A stretch of 64,000 nucleotides of DNA from Tubiluchus corallicola (taxonomy: Eukaryota; Animalia; Priapulida): NCBI GenBank assembly GCA_030141605.1, contig JAQGDQ010000380.1:1-64000 (forward strand), given 5' to 3'. The notes under the pieces are model-generated. The model searched no databases. It was not told the DNA's origin and saw only the letters and a list, made by a program, of their open reading frames with translations. Each line of letters starts with the position of its first letter. The first letter of the stretch is position 1. Both the position numbers and the translations under genes were made by a program. Positions 53,613-64,000 of this stretch are shown piece by piece.

Positions 53613-53675
53613 GATCCAAAAGACACGCCGCCGCCAACAAGATGTGAAACGCGTGAAGAAAGGCAGGAACGACGT
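53613..53675 (+). CDS. SNRNP70: U1-70K second coding exon (63 nt)
   Basis: tttccag|GAT...CGT|gtaaga encodes DPKDTPPPTRCETREERQERR, matching human [21 protein letters not shown]. Phase 0/0; not in the ORF track. Confidence 0.95.
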
Positions 53676-54678
53676 GTAAGAAAAATTAGATTATCAAATT
53701 TCGTTTTACAATTTATAATATGCATATAAAATGGAATAAAGCTGTCACACCTGAGGAGAGGAAATACATTTGCATTTACCTGCATATGTTCTGATATATT
53801 AGACTGACTAACTTGCAAACATTGAATGCTACTAACAAATATGGCAAAATTAAATAGGTTTCTTTTTTGCATGAGTGGCACCATCTCTTGAGACATGAAA
53901 TAAGATAAAATGTAAAATTTTCCTTTAAAAAACTGCAGAGAGATTATACTAACAATAAAAATTTTGTGGTTAAGGTAGATATATGTTACTTTTTTGCATG
54001 AGTGGCACCATCTCTTGAGACATGAAATAAGATAAATTATTAATAAATAATAATAATACATTATTTCACTAAAATTATTCTGCTGTTACGTAAAAATTGA
54101 AACTTTACTGTTTTTCTGCTACTTTTCGAAAAAAATAATGCTTATTCTCAATTTACAACTCATATCTTAGTTTGCCAGACAAAAGCGGGGAAACGTCGGT
54201 CCGAATTTGTCAATTGTCCGTATTTACCGATACTAAGCTAATACACTAGGCGCATGTATTAGATTCACAGTAATGCGGAATCAATTACCTAATTGTTTTA
54301 AAAACGTCTAGCACTGGCCGCTCCTATGCAAATGTATTAAAAACTGTTGGCAAGTGACTCAAATAACTCCGCATAAATGATTCTATATTTTTTATACATA
54401 CAGATCTACACGTGGTTACACTGATGTACGTGATGTAAACAAAGTGACGGCCTACCAACTAGCGCTCAGCTCGCGAGACATGGACTGTGTCCGTAGTATA
54501 CTGCACTTTTTAACGGTCCAGATTTTGTCACAATTTTCCAATGTCCGTAAAAACAAAATCCAGCAAATTGAGATACGAGTGTAACTAATTTTGCAATTTA
54601 TACTGTAGGCTATTTAATGCAAGTGTTTGCTTCGTGTATTTGTTAGTGGCGTAACTATGAGTCCACTGGCCCTGTAGT

Positions 54679-55170
54679 CAGGGATGTTAATGGAAACAAA
54701 AATTTCGTTTCGGTTTGCCAATAGTTACACTTTCGCTTGAGTTTTATTTTCGTTGAAAATTATCAAGTTTCGTAGCCGAAACTTTCCGTAATTTTCAGTC
54801 GCATTTTTCAAAGTTTTAGTGGTATTTATCCAACTTACCGGTTTTTTTCCACTAGATGTTAAAAATGCTGAAAACTTTAAGTAAAATAGTTCAAATAAAG
54901 CGTAAATATCATTTTTTTTAAAATTTGCACCAGTTGTAGTATGCTGTTTTCGGCAATCCGACATTCTACTTTTTTGGTTGGGATTTTTTTGCCTAACTAC
55001 TTCACCAAGCTTGTGTCAGAGCAAATATAAATAAACAAAGTATTTTATTTATTTCAGAGTTTTTTCAGTTTTGATAACATTTGTTTTTACAAATACGATT
55101 TCGGTATCGGTTTCCTAAGTTTCACAAATTTCGGTTTCGGTTTGTAGTTTCAGTTTCGGAAACATCCCTG
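54679..55170. mobile_element. hAT-type MITE
   Basis: TIR CAGGGATGTT/AACATCCCTG with a perfect 8-bp TSD CCTGTAGT. Relatives at about 56820-57560 and 61501-61872. Confidence 0.9.
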
Positions 55171-55414
55171 CCTGTAGTTGTACTCGGCCCACGGGTTAGA
55201 GGAGTTCATTGTCTATGAAAAAAGCATTGCCAAAAGGGTCGAAACAATGGAAAATTACGCAAATATTAAACAATTGCTAGCGTGAAATCATGGAGAATGC
55301 GAAATAAAGGCAATTGGTGACAGTTTTATAACTGATTTTAAATTTGTAGGCGACACGTATTTTAGCTTTGAATGATATGGGCCACAAATAACTTTTTTCG
55401 AAATCCTATCCCTA

Positions 55415-55865
55415 ATTCCAGAACAAGCAATCTAAAATGAATTAGGACAAATACCCACTACGGAACGAACTCTGTAATCAAGCAAGCAATTCTACTTTGG
55501 AATTCTCTACCATTACAGGTTAAACTAGTCAAGCCCGTATCAGCATTTAAAACAAAATTAAAATCACTAATATTAACCAGATATGAAATACCATCACACC
55601 AGTACGACAACATACACACTAATTCAGAATTCATATATCCACGGCCATATTAATTAAATCATAATTTTTTCATTTTTTTGTGCATAGTTGTAAATATGTT
55701 TGATTTTATTCGTCGTTACTTTCCATTACTGCACAGTAGTTTAGATTGCACTGACGCATTTGCCTTTAGCAGTGTAAGTTTTTATTAACTAACACTGATT
55801 GATCGTCTCTGTAAAGTTTTTATCAGTGATTATCAATGTATTTTAATGGCAAATAAAGCCATTAA
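55415..55865 (+). mobile_element. L2/CR1-group LINE 3' end followed by (TA)n
   Basis: Encodes RTNTHYGTNSVIKQAILLWNSLPLQVK...AFKTKLKSLI; same family as 22580-23385. Confidence 0.78.
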
Positions 55866-55878
55866 ATATATATATATA

Positions 55879-55942
<64 letters not shown>

Positions 55943-56026
55943 GTACAGTTATGCAATTTGCACTTGAGAGAGTGCATAGTATGTTTTGTCTATAGTCAAA
56001 ACTTGTATAAGATTGTTATCTTTCAG

Positions 56027-56081
56027 AGGAAGGAGAAACAGGAGCAAGTTGCTTACAAATTGGAACAAGATATTGCACTAT
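56027..56081 (+). CDS. SNRNP70: U1-70K third coding exon (55 nt); gene continues beyond the window
   Basis: ctttcag|AGG...CTA T|gtgagt encodes RKEKQEQVAYKLEQDIAL(W), matching the invertebrate U1-70K motif EQVAYKLExEIALW. I did not find the next exon (W-DP...KTLFVAR) before 64000. Confidence 0.94.
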
Positions 56082-56123
56082 GTGAGTAAATGTGTTAAAG
56101 AATTTTTATTGAACCTCATAACC

Positions 56124-56521
56124 CATTGCACAAAAAACAGGTGATGTATCTCTCAGTTCAGACATGTTAGTTTGTGATGTACTGCAGAAGTTCGACAGCT
56201 TATGTGTGAGGCACCGGTAAATTTGAAATTTGAATTTTTTTCTTAAAACTTGCCTAGTTTTAGTACAACACACTGAATACCTTAGCACTGTGCTTGAATT
56301 TTCGCTTTCGCGAATCCATGCAACACCCTCGTGGAATATTTTTGCTGTTGAAAATTTTGTTAGTTTGTGGTGTCATAAATCGTTGGGTTCGCCCGCCATT
56401 AATTGAGGTTTTAACCAATAATTTAATTCTGGAATGTTTTTGCAATACTAATTGTGTTAAAATGTATACTTTTTATCCGGTTTGGAAATGGGGTAGTATA
56501 TTAAAAATTGTCTTTCTTTAA
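56124..56521 (+). mobile_element. Family-D element, 5'-truncated
   Basis: Colinear with about 37245-37651; ends gtctttct-TTAA. Confidence 0.72.
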
Positions 56522-58068
56522 ATTCACATTTACTATTGTGATGCAGTGTACAATATGTATTGACATAAATAGAGGTAGATGGTAGTTCTAGGTAGTTTTT
56601 TAATAAGGTTAAAGTTACATTTCAGTCATGAAATTCTGTGCAGTAGTAGCTAGCACTAAATTAGGAAAAGTAATATTATTTAGGAACATATCTTCTAGAA
56701 ATTCCAGAGATATACACAAAAGAAGAACAAATTGAATAAATTGACACCCCTGTTCCTTTTAGTATTAAAAGTATCTAAACTGTAACGTGTAATTCAAGGC
56801 TTAGTTGGACGAGTAACTGTGATGTTACCGAAGCAAACTTTTTGCTTCGCTTTGTCGATAATTGCACTTTCATTTAAGTTTCGGTTTCGTGGAAATTTAT
56901 TAAATTTCGTAGCCAAAATTTCGTGTAATTTTCGGTAGCATATTTCCGAGGTTTTACTAGTATTTATCCAATTTACCTTTCTTTTCTCCTAGACGACAAA
57001 AACCGCTGAAAAAGCCTTATCTAAAATAGTCACAAATAAGGCGAAAATTTTGTTTACGTAAAAGTTTTTCACGTGCTTTTACCAGCAATGTGGCATATGT
57101 TCAGTGCTAATGACTATGAAGTTTTGGGGTTTCCAGGCCCAGTCAACCGAAATATCAAAGCATCTTTGCATTTGCTCGGGCAAAAGTTTTATAACTTATG
57201 AATTGTAGGCAACATAATATCTATAAAATAAAATTTATATATATTTAGTTGATGCGTTATGTTCTGTAAACATTAATCATTAAGGATACTTAAATCCAAA
57301 AACATATTAAGACATTTTCTACTCCTTCAAACTTGAGGTTCTATGCTACAAAACTTCGTTGTCCTTTTTGTATTAAAATTTTTCATCAGTCATTTTGCAT
57401 CACAGTAAACAAAAGCAAGCAAACACTAAACAAAATATTTTACTTATTTTAGAATTCCCTTCTTTCAGTTTTAATGGTAGTTGTTTTTGCAAAAAATACT
57501 TCCGTATCGATTTCCTATGTCTCAATAAATTTCGGTTTCGGCTTGTAAGTTCAGTTTCATCATTGATGAGAAGTCTATATATTGATTGTAGTTCGTTAGC
57601 ATCTTTCTAAGAATCGAATTCAAGAATTATAAGATTAGAATTCAGCATAACAAATGAAAGTCTCCTGCTATTGATCCGTTTTTGTACATTTTCTTCGAAA
57701 TGACATGACATGGAAGTAGCAAATTTTAGCATAATTTAAATTTGTTGTGTTTCCTATTATCATGTATAACATTTGGCTGTTGCTTTGTAATTTTATCGAC
57801 AAAAGTTCTTTGAAATTGCTTTTTCTCCAGCGTCACAATTTCTGCTCAAATTTTCATGACAGTTTATTATCGCTTTGTTGAGTTTTATCATCTGTGTTAC
57901 TTTACGAACAAGTGACTGGGGTCTATAATAATCCAGTTACAAGACTGGTATAAGTAATGCTTTGTTTATTAAGAGCTCGTTTGGAGCAGCTAATTTCATG
58001 TAATGAGTAAGGCCTGCTAATCAGTGTATACTTCCTTGCCTTTTACTAACTAGTAACTAGTAGTAACT

Positions 58069-58260
<192 letters not shown>

Positions 58261-58520
58261 TTTTACGGCCAGAGGGGAGCATTTCAAAATATTTATTACC
58301 TGGATGGAATTCATCTTTCATGATAACTTGCGCTCTCTCTGCGACCCCAGTTTCATATAAATGATGTCGCATAGAATTGCTGTTGGATTCCTACAATTTT
58401 TTAAGGCGAATTTAACAATTTGATCAAGAGCATTGCGATCTTCCTGCGTGGTGGCGCCATGGTACCAAACATTGAGGGATGTTTTTAAGATGCTCTCCGT
58501 GATAAAAACTTGTTAAATGA
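58261..58520 (-). mobile_element. Rex1/Babar-like LINE RT C-terminal remnant
   Basis: LYETGVAERAQVIMKDEFHPGNKYFEMLPSGRK matches the I..D..HP....F..LPSGR motif of this group; upstream SILK.SLNVWY. Confidence 0.7.
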
Positions 58521-58867
58521 TTTAAGTTGTCTTAAAAAGAACAGTTTTACTTCTGAGATTTGTCAGTGCGGCATTTGTTTTATACAACCGCATGTAAATA
58601 TATACAAATTTGGTGCATCTTATCTTTTTAAGTTAGCCGTTGCTGATTAACACTTACAAATTCTGTATCGAAATATATTTTTAGCTAGACCGAAGATTTT
58701 CTCTTACATCAAAGCAGATAAGTTTCGGCGACATGCAAAACCTTGGTGATCATCAATGTATGAATTTTTCTGCATGCCATAATTGGTAACAATTTTATTC
58801 TATAATATCGCAATGATAAGAATTATTGTAAATAAATACACGAAAGAGCCAGCTCTTAGGAATCAAC

Positions 58868-59079
58868 ATGTTTATTGGGTGACGATCGTTTCGGTTACTG
58901 AAGCCATTGTCAAACTATAAATGAAGCCTAAAAAGTTCATTTTGATATGCAAAATGGTAACCTGTTGTCTTTCAGTTTCAGTTTGTGCATTTGTGTCATT
59001 AATGTGTTATTTATTCTTTTTTTGGCTTCATTTATAGTTTGACAGTGGCTTCAACAGCCGATCGTCGCTCAATAAACAT
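58868..59079. ncRNA. Inverted pair of degenerate minimal type-I hammerhead-ribozyme motifs (Penelope-like pLTR remnant)
   Basis: Minus strand 58913-58881 reads TTGACAA-T-GGCT...AACC-GAAA-C-GATC-G-TC. The plus-strand partner (59024-59079) has a perfect stem II GGCT/AGCC but a 5-nt deletion through GAAA. Confidence 0.6.
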
Positions 59080-59675
59080 AATTGCGAATAACTACATTAT
59101 TGGTCTACTGCATGCACAGTTTGCATGCGTATCGGAAATGCCGAAAGAAATGTTTAGTAAATATTAGAAATGTGAACAAACTTTCATGAAAAAAAGCACA
59201 GTGTAGCAGTATTTGTTGACGATACGCGCAGGGGTATCTATCTGTCCTTCAATTCCCCTTCTTAGAAAGACAATACAAAAAAGAATTAATTCCTTCTGCT
59301 TATTGGCAGTTTGACTTCAGAGTTATTGCTCCGCTACATCCTTAGACATTCAATATTGTTGTTGAATAACCATCTACGGACTGGCAAGACTCTTCTCTTT
59401 GAGAATTCTATACGTCTGATTGCATCGGATAAACCGATAAGCTTGCAGTCTAATTCTACTGGCGTATGTATGGGGAGTGATGTGCTGCTTCAACGGGGTG
59501 GAGAGATAATTTATTCTAAAGTTCTGTGCAAACTTTGGTCTTACGTAAAGCACAAGTAGACGCTCTCTCCATAAGCAAAGCTTATAAAATTCATTTTGAA
59601 ATTTTGTGTCACTTTACATACATACAAAATACATGTTGAACTACAATGGATAACAATATCATATTAAATCTTTAA

Positions 59676-60105
59676 AGGACAAGAAAAGGGGCACCTGAAG
59701 TAGGCTTCAGAAAAATCGCCTTAAAAAATTATATTACTTTATAGCAATTTTATGCGTATATCTTACTCGCACTGAATTTTAGTTTGTTTTCATTTTAAAT
59801 CTCCCGCAATACTGTTCCGAAGTCGCCATTACGTGACGTCATGTATCAAACGTAAATCAAGTGAAGAAAAGGCAATGTTAAATTATGTCTCAAAAGACTT
59901 TCCGTGCAAATCTATATTACTTAGACTTTCGCTTACCTGCTTGAAGGACTTAGGTAACTAGAAAAGAAAATGATTAATTATTTAGAATGTTTTTGCCAGT
60001 TGGTAAAATGTCGCTGACTCGCCCTCCAGGGTGTACCACTCACTAACTAAAAAACGTATTTTTAATCTTATTGACAACATACGGTAATTTTAAATTTTAA
60101 TCAGG
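59676..60105 (+). mobile_element. Kolobok-like family E element, 3'-truncated
   Basis: Starts TTAA-aggacaagaaaagggg and is colinear with the other copies. Confidence 0.78.
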
Positions 60106-60971
60106 TTGTGACTTGTAGTTTTCCCAACAGGTTGTCTTCTTCTTAATTATTAAGCTTCTGTTTTCTTTCTCTTTATTTTTCTTACTTGTCAATGTTCTCT
60201 TTATTATTCTCTTTAGAATAAACAACTTTGGAACATGAATGAAATAGTGAAGGCGTTTCTGCGCATTTATATCAGCTGTTATAAGTACTGTTCTAAGCTT
60301 CTTAAGGTTTCATATTCTATCATTCAGTCTTTTTAGATACAGTAAATTTGTGGAAATTCTGTCAGTTAAACTTAGGTCTATGTTGTACCTGCTTTGATAC
60401 GGGGTTTCGTGTGAATTATTGCATGTACCGAATGACATAGCGTACAGAATATTCGTTACGGTACAAATGAAATATACATAAATATCAATCAGTAGGTAAA
60501 TAGTGTGTATACTTGTGTAAAGCATCCTGAGTACGCGAATAAAGGAAAAAAGACTATAAAAAAAGCATTGCAGAGTTCTATAAAGAATGAGATTGGTGAA
60601 GATAGATAGAGAGACACGGAGGTAAAAACACTATTATGATGTGGAAGATATTAGATTAAATTGTGCAATTAAGTGAGTAATCAAAGCAGAGTGAGTTTGT
60701 GAATACTTCAACAGATTACTAGATATATAAAACCTGAAAATTTAAACTTCCGTGACGACCTGTAGGCGCAGCCATTTTAATGGTAAGTCATCTGAAACAA
60801 GTTCAGATCTCATTATTTTGAAGTTTAAAAATGATATAACTTGATATGGAAAGTTTTTTTGAGGTGTACTTTAGAATTCTATTTTCTTTTCCTTTAATTA
60901 CGCGTAATTTTGACGATAAGTGTAAGAGATAGTGCCATAATAAAGGGGAGAAAATCTGGCCATCCCATCAC

Positions 60972-61398
60972 CAGGGATGAGATCACAAGCTGACCGCTAG
61001 TTGGCAGGCCGTCACTTTGTTTACATCACGTACATCAGCGTAACCACGTGTATATCTCTATGTATAAAAATATAGAATCAATTGTACGGAGTTATTTGAG
61101 TCAATTGCAGACAGTTTTTATATACTTTTGCATAGGAGCAGCCAGTACTTAGGCATTTTTGAGACAATTAGGTATCATGTATCCTTGATAGTTGGGTATT
61201 TTAAATTATGCATGAAACAAGGTAACTGATATTTTAAGTCCACTTAGAGGCTCTCTATGGTCACAAAATTGCAATTTGTTGCTTCGCCCCCTTGAACCCC
61301 CTTGGGGACTTTGCCCCTCAACCCCATCAGGGGCCTAGGCGGCCCCAAAACCCCCGGCCTGTTTCAGAGTTTTTTGCAATTTGTCATTCTCATCCCTG
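60972..61398. mobile_element. hAT-like MITE carrying a fragment of another repeat
   Basis: TIR CAGGGATGAGA/TCTCATCCCTG flanked by CATCAC. The internal segment at about 60995-61175 is an inverted homologue of about 54280-54460. Confidence 0.7.
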
Positions 61399-61500
61399 CA
61401 TCACAAAGTTATGAAACAGATGGTAAACATCTATTATTAAGTACGTAATTCACTGGTTCACGGGAGTGTTTTGCCCAGTGAAAGTAATGTACGTTGTACT

Positions 61501-61872
61501 CGGGGATGTTGTTGCCAAAACTGAAATTAAAAACCGAAACCAAAATTTATGAAACACGGGAAACCGAGACCGAACCAAAATCATTCTCGTAAAACCAACT
61601 TCTATCAAAGCTGCAAAAATCCAAGATAAATAAAATACGTCGTTTTTGCTTGTTTGCTTATATTTTGCTCTGATACGAAGTAGCTGGGCAACAAATCTTA
61701 ACCAAAAGAGTGGAACAATGTTGTTTGTGGTTAAAGATCATTAAGCTTCAGAAATTTAATAGATTTTATTTTGTAAATATTTTGTTGCCTGTATTTCATA
61801 AATTATAAAATTAAACTTGGTTTTTCAAATAAAAGCAAACCGAACGAAATTTTCGTTTCAGTAACATCCCTG
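61501..61872. mobile_element. hAT-type MITE, relative of 54679-55170
   Basis: C(G)GGGATGTT...AACATCCCTG termini with an 8-bp TSD GTTGTACT/ATTGTACT. Confidence 0.82.
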
Positions 61873-64000
61873 ATTGTACTGATGTAGTAAAAAATTTGGT
61901 GTTTGTAATGTATTGGATATTTTTGTGGCTAGCAAACAATCCGCTTTCAAGTTTCACCCACGTGCCAAAAATGTAAAACAGTCACATTCTGCGCGTTTAA
62001 TTATATCGGCATTTCTTGGCATTTTTGAGATTTGCGAAGTTTATTCGTTTTTATCTCATTGCAAAGTTTTCTCAGTTTTGTTAACGGAAAGCTTTCACAT
62101 TTTGCGATTATGTTACCTGGGTGGCACTGGTGATGAGTCCAACACTGTGCTGAACCTCCGAATGTCCAAACTTTGCCGCCGACTGTAAAAATATGTATAT
62201 ATATATACATATGTATACATGTCATTTATTTGTACTCATGGTACAATCACATTAAATAAACAAACAGATGGACAACATTAATTAACAAGATTAGTAAGCA
62301 ATGTGAATACATACAATTAAGTGAGAGTAAGATATGTTAGTATGGAGTACAAGTCATTCCTGTCAAAAAATCAAAACAATTACGTTCCAGAGCCCCTACA
62401 ACTTCTTTAATGAAATTTACAGACCATATTTGTTCATCGCTAGCATTGAGTCTTGTAATCTAATGTACTGGTGGAAAGAACTTTAGAAAGAAAATTTTCA
62501 TTTGTGTAAAAAGTTTTCTACTCGTTACAAATAGATAACAAATTATAACCCATTATAGAAGAGGTATGAAATCGAGAAAATTGCAAAGAAATCGGTTATG
62601 TGATTTTCATTATATAAGCAACTATGGTAAAATTTAACAAATCGTTTTTGTAAGTGTTTAAGTGATAAAAGGAACGACAAGATCTGTGTGATCTAAACGG
62701 CAAATTCCAAAGTTTTCTTACTGCAATATTCCAAGCTGTACTTAGTTCAGAAATTTTATTATCGAGTTTCCAGGTTTCACAATGGTAATCACCTGCATTC
62801 TTTTTCCACAGTAATCTTAATACAACGTGACTATGCTCAACAGGTTACTGAACACTTTATAATCATGATCACAGTTTTTCTTAGTTCTCGCTCCATTTCA
62901 TCTTTCATTCACTACCCCCCCCCAATTTTATGTATATATTATCATTATTTCAATTATTAATCACTTCTCTAACATCTCCACGTACTGTCAAGCTATGGTT
63001 TTAGGCTCAAACTGTATGCATCAAAATTATTCTGTAATGTAATTTGCACATGTATATGCTGCGTAAGAATCTCTTTTGTAATTTCTGGATAATATTGCAT
63101 TTATATTTACTTCAGTGAAATTATCTGTATTTTTATTATAACTGTTAGATGCAGAGTGGAAATAAATAAACTTATAACTTAAGGTTTGATTTCCGTAGTA
63201 ACTGTGACAGTAGCTATTGAACTATACCATTGTTTAATTCCATAAAGATTATTGGATATTTTTCTCATTGGGTTTATATCCCAGTGTTTCTATAAATATT
63301 ACAGTTCCGAGAATCTAACTTTTGCACAACAAAATGTGCATGAGGACAGCTAATACCTACACAAGAAAATACTTACATTAATTATTCTTAAGCAAGGTCT
63401 TTCCTAAACGGATTTGACGAAATTGCAAAACCGACTAGGAAATGCTGCCGGAAATAATTTAATTATTGCTGAACTGCCAATGCCTACTGCATGGCAATGT
63501 CCATGCAGAAATGTAATTTCTAACCGTGTGACAATCTTTTACTGCTTCAGCTTTGGTTTCGTCAGTCGTAAAGAAGTTTTTGAGCTGGTATTTCGCTGAG
63601 CCAGTGCGAATTTGTATGCTAATTGTTTTCGATCGTTTCGCTGTAATGGATTTCACTCCATTTCTGGTCAGGCTGGCTGTCTTTAGCTTGTCTGACTGTC
63701 AAGGTATTGCCACAAGTGGTTTGGGCATGTGTCATATAAACACAGACAATCAATAAGCTCAAAGGAGTTGATAGATAATAAAAGGTGCAAGTGTTTATGC
63801 ATGGGTAGTTATGTTTAAAACCTGTCATAACTGTCCATAGTGATGGGCGATTAATAGATTAATCGAATTAATAGAGAAAACAGTTTTTTCTTCAGGCTGT
63901 TTGACAAAAATTTCCGAAAAAACGCCCGTCGCGGGACGCCGTGGCCCTCTCGCGAATTCTAAATATGCCTACTGCACCCATCGCTGAACGGGGGCTATCT

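Noticed and set aside
53435-54061. 208-aa minus-strand ORF
   Set aside because: Crosses a TE end, the antisense of SNRNP70 exon 2 and a local duplication; composition looks non-coding.
63414-63828. Cluster of short ORFs near the window end
   Set aside because: No recognisable homology or consistent splice sites; it is not the expected next SNRNP70 exon.

Overview
AT-rich, repeat-dense animal genomic DNA, most likely from a lophotrochozoan invertebrate judging by the Aplysia-type Kv1 N-terminus. Two genes are well supported and sit head-to-head. One is a Shaker/Kv1 potassium channel with an uninterrupted 533-aa ORF on the minus strand (44838-46439). The other is U1 snRNP 70K (SNRNP70), whose first three coding exons lie on the plus strand (47425-47568, 53613-53675, 56027-56081). 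The strongest unexpected signal is two phase-compatible minus-strand exons inside SNRNP70 intron 1 (52226-52422, 51230-51470). They join in frame to a splice acceptor hidden inside the Kv1 ORF (NSR|SFPK), the point where Drosophila Shaker swaps N-termini. This suggests the two genes are interleaved in antisense and that the apparently intronless channel has an alternative long N-terminus. The rest of the window is repeats: solo LTRs with 5-bp TSDs, Kolobok- and hAT-type non-autonomous elements, RTE/CR1/L2/Rex LINE ends, Penelope-like fragments, an inverted pair of variant hammerhead motifs, a 5S-headed SINE, a tRNA-headed SINE, and many mini- and microsatellites. All calls were made by eye, so element boundaries without TSDs are approximate.
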